NCBI GenBank assembly: GCA_034530615.2
Contig: JAVRCV020000015.1
Location: 1-64,000 of the forward strand
Origin: Aulosira sp. ZfuVER01
GTDB lineage: Bacteria; Cyanobacteriota; Cyanobacteriia; Cyanobacteriales; Nostocaceae
DNA length: 64,000 nt
Direction of reading: 5' to 3'
Shown here piece after piece: positions 60,414 through 64,000 of this stretch (positions are counted from its first letter, which is position 1; every line of letters starts with the position of its first letter). The translations under genes were made by a program, and so were the position numbers. Below the pieces are notes generated by a model that ran no database searches, was not told the origin of the DNA, and saw nothing but the letters and a program-made list of their open reading frames with translations.

Positions 60414-62050
60414 GATTATTACACCAAATTTCAAAAGTTAATTATGTGAGAAAAACTGACTTTTACAAACATTGTAAAAGTATTGAATGCAGAGATTTCA
60501 TCACCAATCAGTAAATACCTGTTAGTGTTTTAGATACTTTAGATGACAATGCCAGCATTTTTTAATTATTGAATTAATATTAATTCAATAAAATATAGCT
60601 GAATACACAGTTTCTAAGATTGCTTGATAGTACATTAGATGAGACACTCTTAGTTGGCATTACAAAACAGTGGCGATGAAAAAAATATCGTCTTGAATGT
60701 AAAATATTTCTCAATCTAAACCACTATAATTTAACAACCCTATACCCTTTTAAGTCAGCATATTGCAACGCAACTATCGCCAGCCTAAAGACTGTAGTGC
60801 GGAAACGCCAAGAGCATCAATTTCTCAGGAATAAGAGATTAATTTTCTCGTAGTTTTAAGTTAAGCATTCACTCTAGAGAATGCTCTTCCAGAACTTCAA
60901 CATACCTAATTTATCAGCCTAAAAATACTTAAAGCGAGCCTGATGGATTTAATTTGCCCAATCCAACCATCTCACTAAGGCGGGGAGTTACTTAAAAATC
61001 TATTTTCCCCTTACTTCTTTTTCTCCTACAAAGAAAGGCTGATTAATAGAGCTTGATTACACTGAAAGTGCTTAAATTATAGTCTCTAACTTTAATTCAT
61101 CTATAATCACTGAACAAATTCAAGTGATTATAAAAATTTGAATTACAGGAATATAGAACCCATTGTCCTGTAAATAGTCAGCCACAAAAAGATTTGTACA
61201 GCGTGTAAATAATATTTACTGCCACCGTGGTTTGCGTTTAAAGCTATAATTTGATGTTTGCAACACTTTATGTGTGCAACCATTGTTTAATTTTTTATTA
61301 AAAAAAATATCCGTAATTACCCGTAATTACTAAAAATAGTTAGTTCTATAAAAGACATTGCAATAAATTATACAAATTTGTTGTCAGACTGGATATCTTT
61401 TAACCTTTAGGCTTGAAAGTATTGTATATATTTGTTCATATCAAGCTAATATAACGAATTATGCTTAAATTAACTCAGTATTATGTATTATAAATAACAT
61501 TTTTATTAAAATTAGCTTACTAATTGATAATTAATTATAAAATCTACTAATCTAAAACAGTTATTTATATTACTTATCTAATTAAGTCTTATTACGTAAT
61601 TGTTAGGATTTTCTGACATAAGTAATTTAGTACACAGGCGAAATTCAGCGCGGCTTGTGGTAAAAATCACTCATCCAATGTTAAAAGAGGTTCAGTTTGT
61701 ACATAGCTGTTCAAACATACCAGGGCAAGAAAAGCAAAATATCTATTAAATTGCAGATGCATAAATTAACTATCTCTCAAAGGTAATATATTAAACTAGT
61801 AAGCAAATATTATCTTAATATCAATCAAATATATATCTATTATAGGATGACAAACAAGCAAACTTAGTATAAATAAAAACAGTCATAATAAATAATGATG
61901 AATTTCAAAGCGATCGCCTTGAAATTCCTAGACTAGACGGTTGTAACTTAATCAGCATGATGATACCAATGCCGGGATAATGGGCAAACTAAATATGCAA
62001 GAAATTTACTCCATCTTTGCAAAGCAGCTCAAAAGCAAAAATTATGACAA

Positions 62051-62168
62051 TCCCATCAAATTATTGTAGAAAAATATGGTGGATGGAACGCTGAAAGTAA
62101 ATTTATCAATATGGTATGGTTCCGAAGTTAGAATTCCTATTACTATTCAGCAACCAGCCATTGAATAA
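62051..62168 (+). pseudogene. Degenerate remnant of a histidine kinase HATPase C-terminus
   Basis: SHQIIVEKYGG (4-nt TGGA duplication) TLKVN...GSEVRIPI resembles SYQVVVDKHKGQL...GTEFVIEIP of the kinase at 50514-56132. Confidence 0.5.
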
Positions 62169-62400
62169 ATATAAATTTTTCACTAAATATACGTGGATTA
62201 ATTTTTATTACTTAAGTGTAATTCTCTTTGAATTTATAGTGTTTTTTTATCACAAATATAGTTCCGATCAAACATATATTGATTTTAATTCAACATATTT
62301 TCTTCATATTTTACTTTTAAAGCAAAGTTTTAAAAGTAATTTCTTATCAAGAGATACTACCTTCTTATTTGCTAAAGATAAACTATTGTTTTTAATTTAT

Positions 62401-64000
62401 ATGAATAAAAAACAAATAAAAATAAAATTCTCGCTATTTACGACCAATTCAAATTTTAAAAAGCATTACAAAGTATCATTCAGGCTGATTCTGATTCTTC
62501 CCTTCATTATCCAGATATTTGCTGCTGTGGGACTAGTGGGCTATCTTTCTTGGAGAAATGGGGAGAGGGCAGTTAACGATCTAGCTAATCAGTTAATGAA
62601 AAAAGTAAATAGGCTTGTCGTTCAGCACCTTGATACATATTTAGCAACTCCTCCACAGATTAATCAGATTAATAGCGATGCCATTAAGCTACAGCTAATA
62701 GATATAAATAATCTGCAAAGTACAGGAAACTATTTTTGGAAGCAAATGCAGGTGCTGAATATTGGCTACATTAATTTTGCTAATCCCAAAGGCGAATTTA
62801 TTGGTATCGAACGTTTAGATAATGGGAATCTTTTAATTAATGAAGTTTCCAAAAAGCGTAAAATTGGTAAACTGTATGTTTATACTACAAACACTCACGG
62901 AAATCGTCAAAACCTTACAGCAGTTAAAGATTACGATCCTCGCCTAGAAGCTTGGTATGCGGATGCAGTCAAGATAGGTAAACCTTTATGGACTCCAATT
63001 TATCAATGGGAAGATAAACCAGAAATTTTTTCTATCTCTTCCAGTTTTCCAATTTATGATGAAGAGCGTAAGCCTATTGGTGTAATTGGTATTGATTTAA
63101 TTTTGTCACAAATTAGTAATTTTTTAGCAAATTTAAAAGTAGGTCAAAAAGGTAAAATATTTATTTTAGAGCGTTCTGGTTTAATAGTAGCTGCTTCTAA
63201 TAATGAGTTACCGTACAATATTATTAATGGCAAAGCTAAAAGGCTATCAGCATTAAACAGTAAAGATGGTGTAATTCAAGCAACAGCGCAATATTTAGAA
63301 CAAAAATTTAGCAGTTTTAAAGAAATTAAAGATAGTCTAGAACTTGATTTTACCCTAAAAGGCGAACGGCAATTTGTCCAAGTTATCCCTTGGCAAGACA
63401 AACTTGGGCTAGATTGGTTAGTCATTGTTGTGATGCCAGAATCTGATTTTATGGCACAAATTGATGCCAATACTCGCAGCAGTATACTCTTGTGTCTAGC
63501 AGCATTAGGAGTAGCGACTTTAGTAGGAATGGTCACATCTCGTTGGATTACAAAACCCATTCTACGCTTGCAGGCTGCAAGTATGGCGATCGCTTCCGGA
63601 AAACTAGATCAAAAAGTTGAAATTAAAGGTATAGATGAACTAGAAAGTCTGGCACAATCTTTTAACCAAATGGCTGCACAGTTGCAAGCATCTTTCCTAG
63701 AACTAGAAACCAGAGTAGATGAACGTACTATCGAGTTAAAAACAGCAAAAGAAATTGCTGATAGTGCCAACACAGCTAAAAGTGAATTTTTGGCTAACAT
63801 GAGCCACGAACTGCGCACACCACTCAACGGTATCCTCGGATATGCTCAAATACTTGAGCTTGACCAAAACTTGAGTGCCAAACAAAAGAACGCTATCAAC
63901 ATTATTTACCAATGTGGTTCCCATTTACTGACCCTGATCAACGATATTCTCGATCTATCAAAAATTGAAGCTCGGAAACTAGAATTATCTGCTCACGATT
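62401..64000 (+). CDS. Membrane sensor histidine kinase (TM-Cache-TM-HAMP-HisKA), 3' end beyond the window
   Basis: Own translation: [61 protein letters not shown]; open to the window end. Confidence 0.92.
   Translation, partial: MNKKQIKIKFSLFTTNSNFKKHYKVSFRLILILPFIIQIFAAVGLVGYLSWRNGERAVNDLANQLMKKVNRLVVQHLDTYLATPPQINQINSDAIKLQLIDINNLQSTGNYFWKQMQVLNIGYINFANPKGEFIGIERLDNGNLLINEVSKKRKIGKLYVYTTNTHGNRQNLTAVKDYDPRLEAWYADAVKIGKPLWTPIYQWEDKPEIFSISSSFPIYDEERKPIGVIGIDLILSQISNFLANLKVGQKGKIFILERSGLIVAASNNELPYNIINGKAKRLSALNSKDGVIQATAQYLEQKFSSFKEIKDSLELDFTLKGERQFVQVIPWQDKLGLDWLVIVVMPESDFMAQIDANTRSSILLCLAALGVATLVGMVTSRWITKPILRLQAASMAIASGKLDQKVEIKGIDELESLAQSFNQMAAQLQASFLELETRVDERTIELKTAKEIADSANTAKSEFLANMSHELRTPLNGILGYAQILELDQNLSAKQKNAINIIYQCGSHLLTLINDILDLSKIEARKLELSAHD

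Overview
64 kb of chromosome from a filamentous, most likely heterocyst-forming (Nostocales) cyanobacterium. Support: abundant HIP1 octamers (GCGATCGC), heptamer STRR tracts, psaK/psaX, and the purK-6S RNA and natD-psaX-lipA gene order. A housekeeping backbone (acsF/cycII, cobH, dapB, psaK, sufE, COG0523 GTPase, purK, 6S RNA, phoD, hrmK-like kinase, natD, psaX, lipA) is mixed with many signalling kinases and several accessory islets. Best candidates for undescribed biology: (1) a three-gene tryptophan-modifying cluster at 56.3-60.4 kb (AetD-like heme-oxygenase-fold diiron enzyme, class B flavin monooxygenase, PrnA/RebH-type tryptophan halogenase), which may make a new halogenated indole nitrile or oxime; (2) a tightly coupled non-canonical Hsp70 operon at 29.9-36.4 kb (Hsp70, Zn-ribbon-TM-LysM, large TPR-like protein, HPD-less J-like protein, GrpE-like protein); (3) a 475-codon gene at 40.5-41.9 kb split by one in-frame TAA, ending in a domain with caspase-like GHG...CCRG motifs, inside a HIP1-dense nest of direct repeats. 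Smaller finds include a hemF fragment upstream of acsF, a brnT'-brnA cassette bounded by a perfect 21-bp direct repeat, a Pro/Gln-repeat surface protein, and candidate Zur and Pho boxes. All homology calls come from motif recognition and memory; no searches were run.
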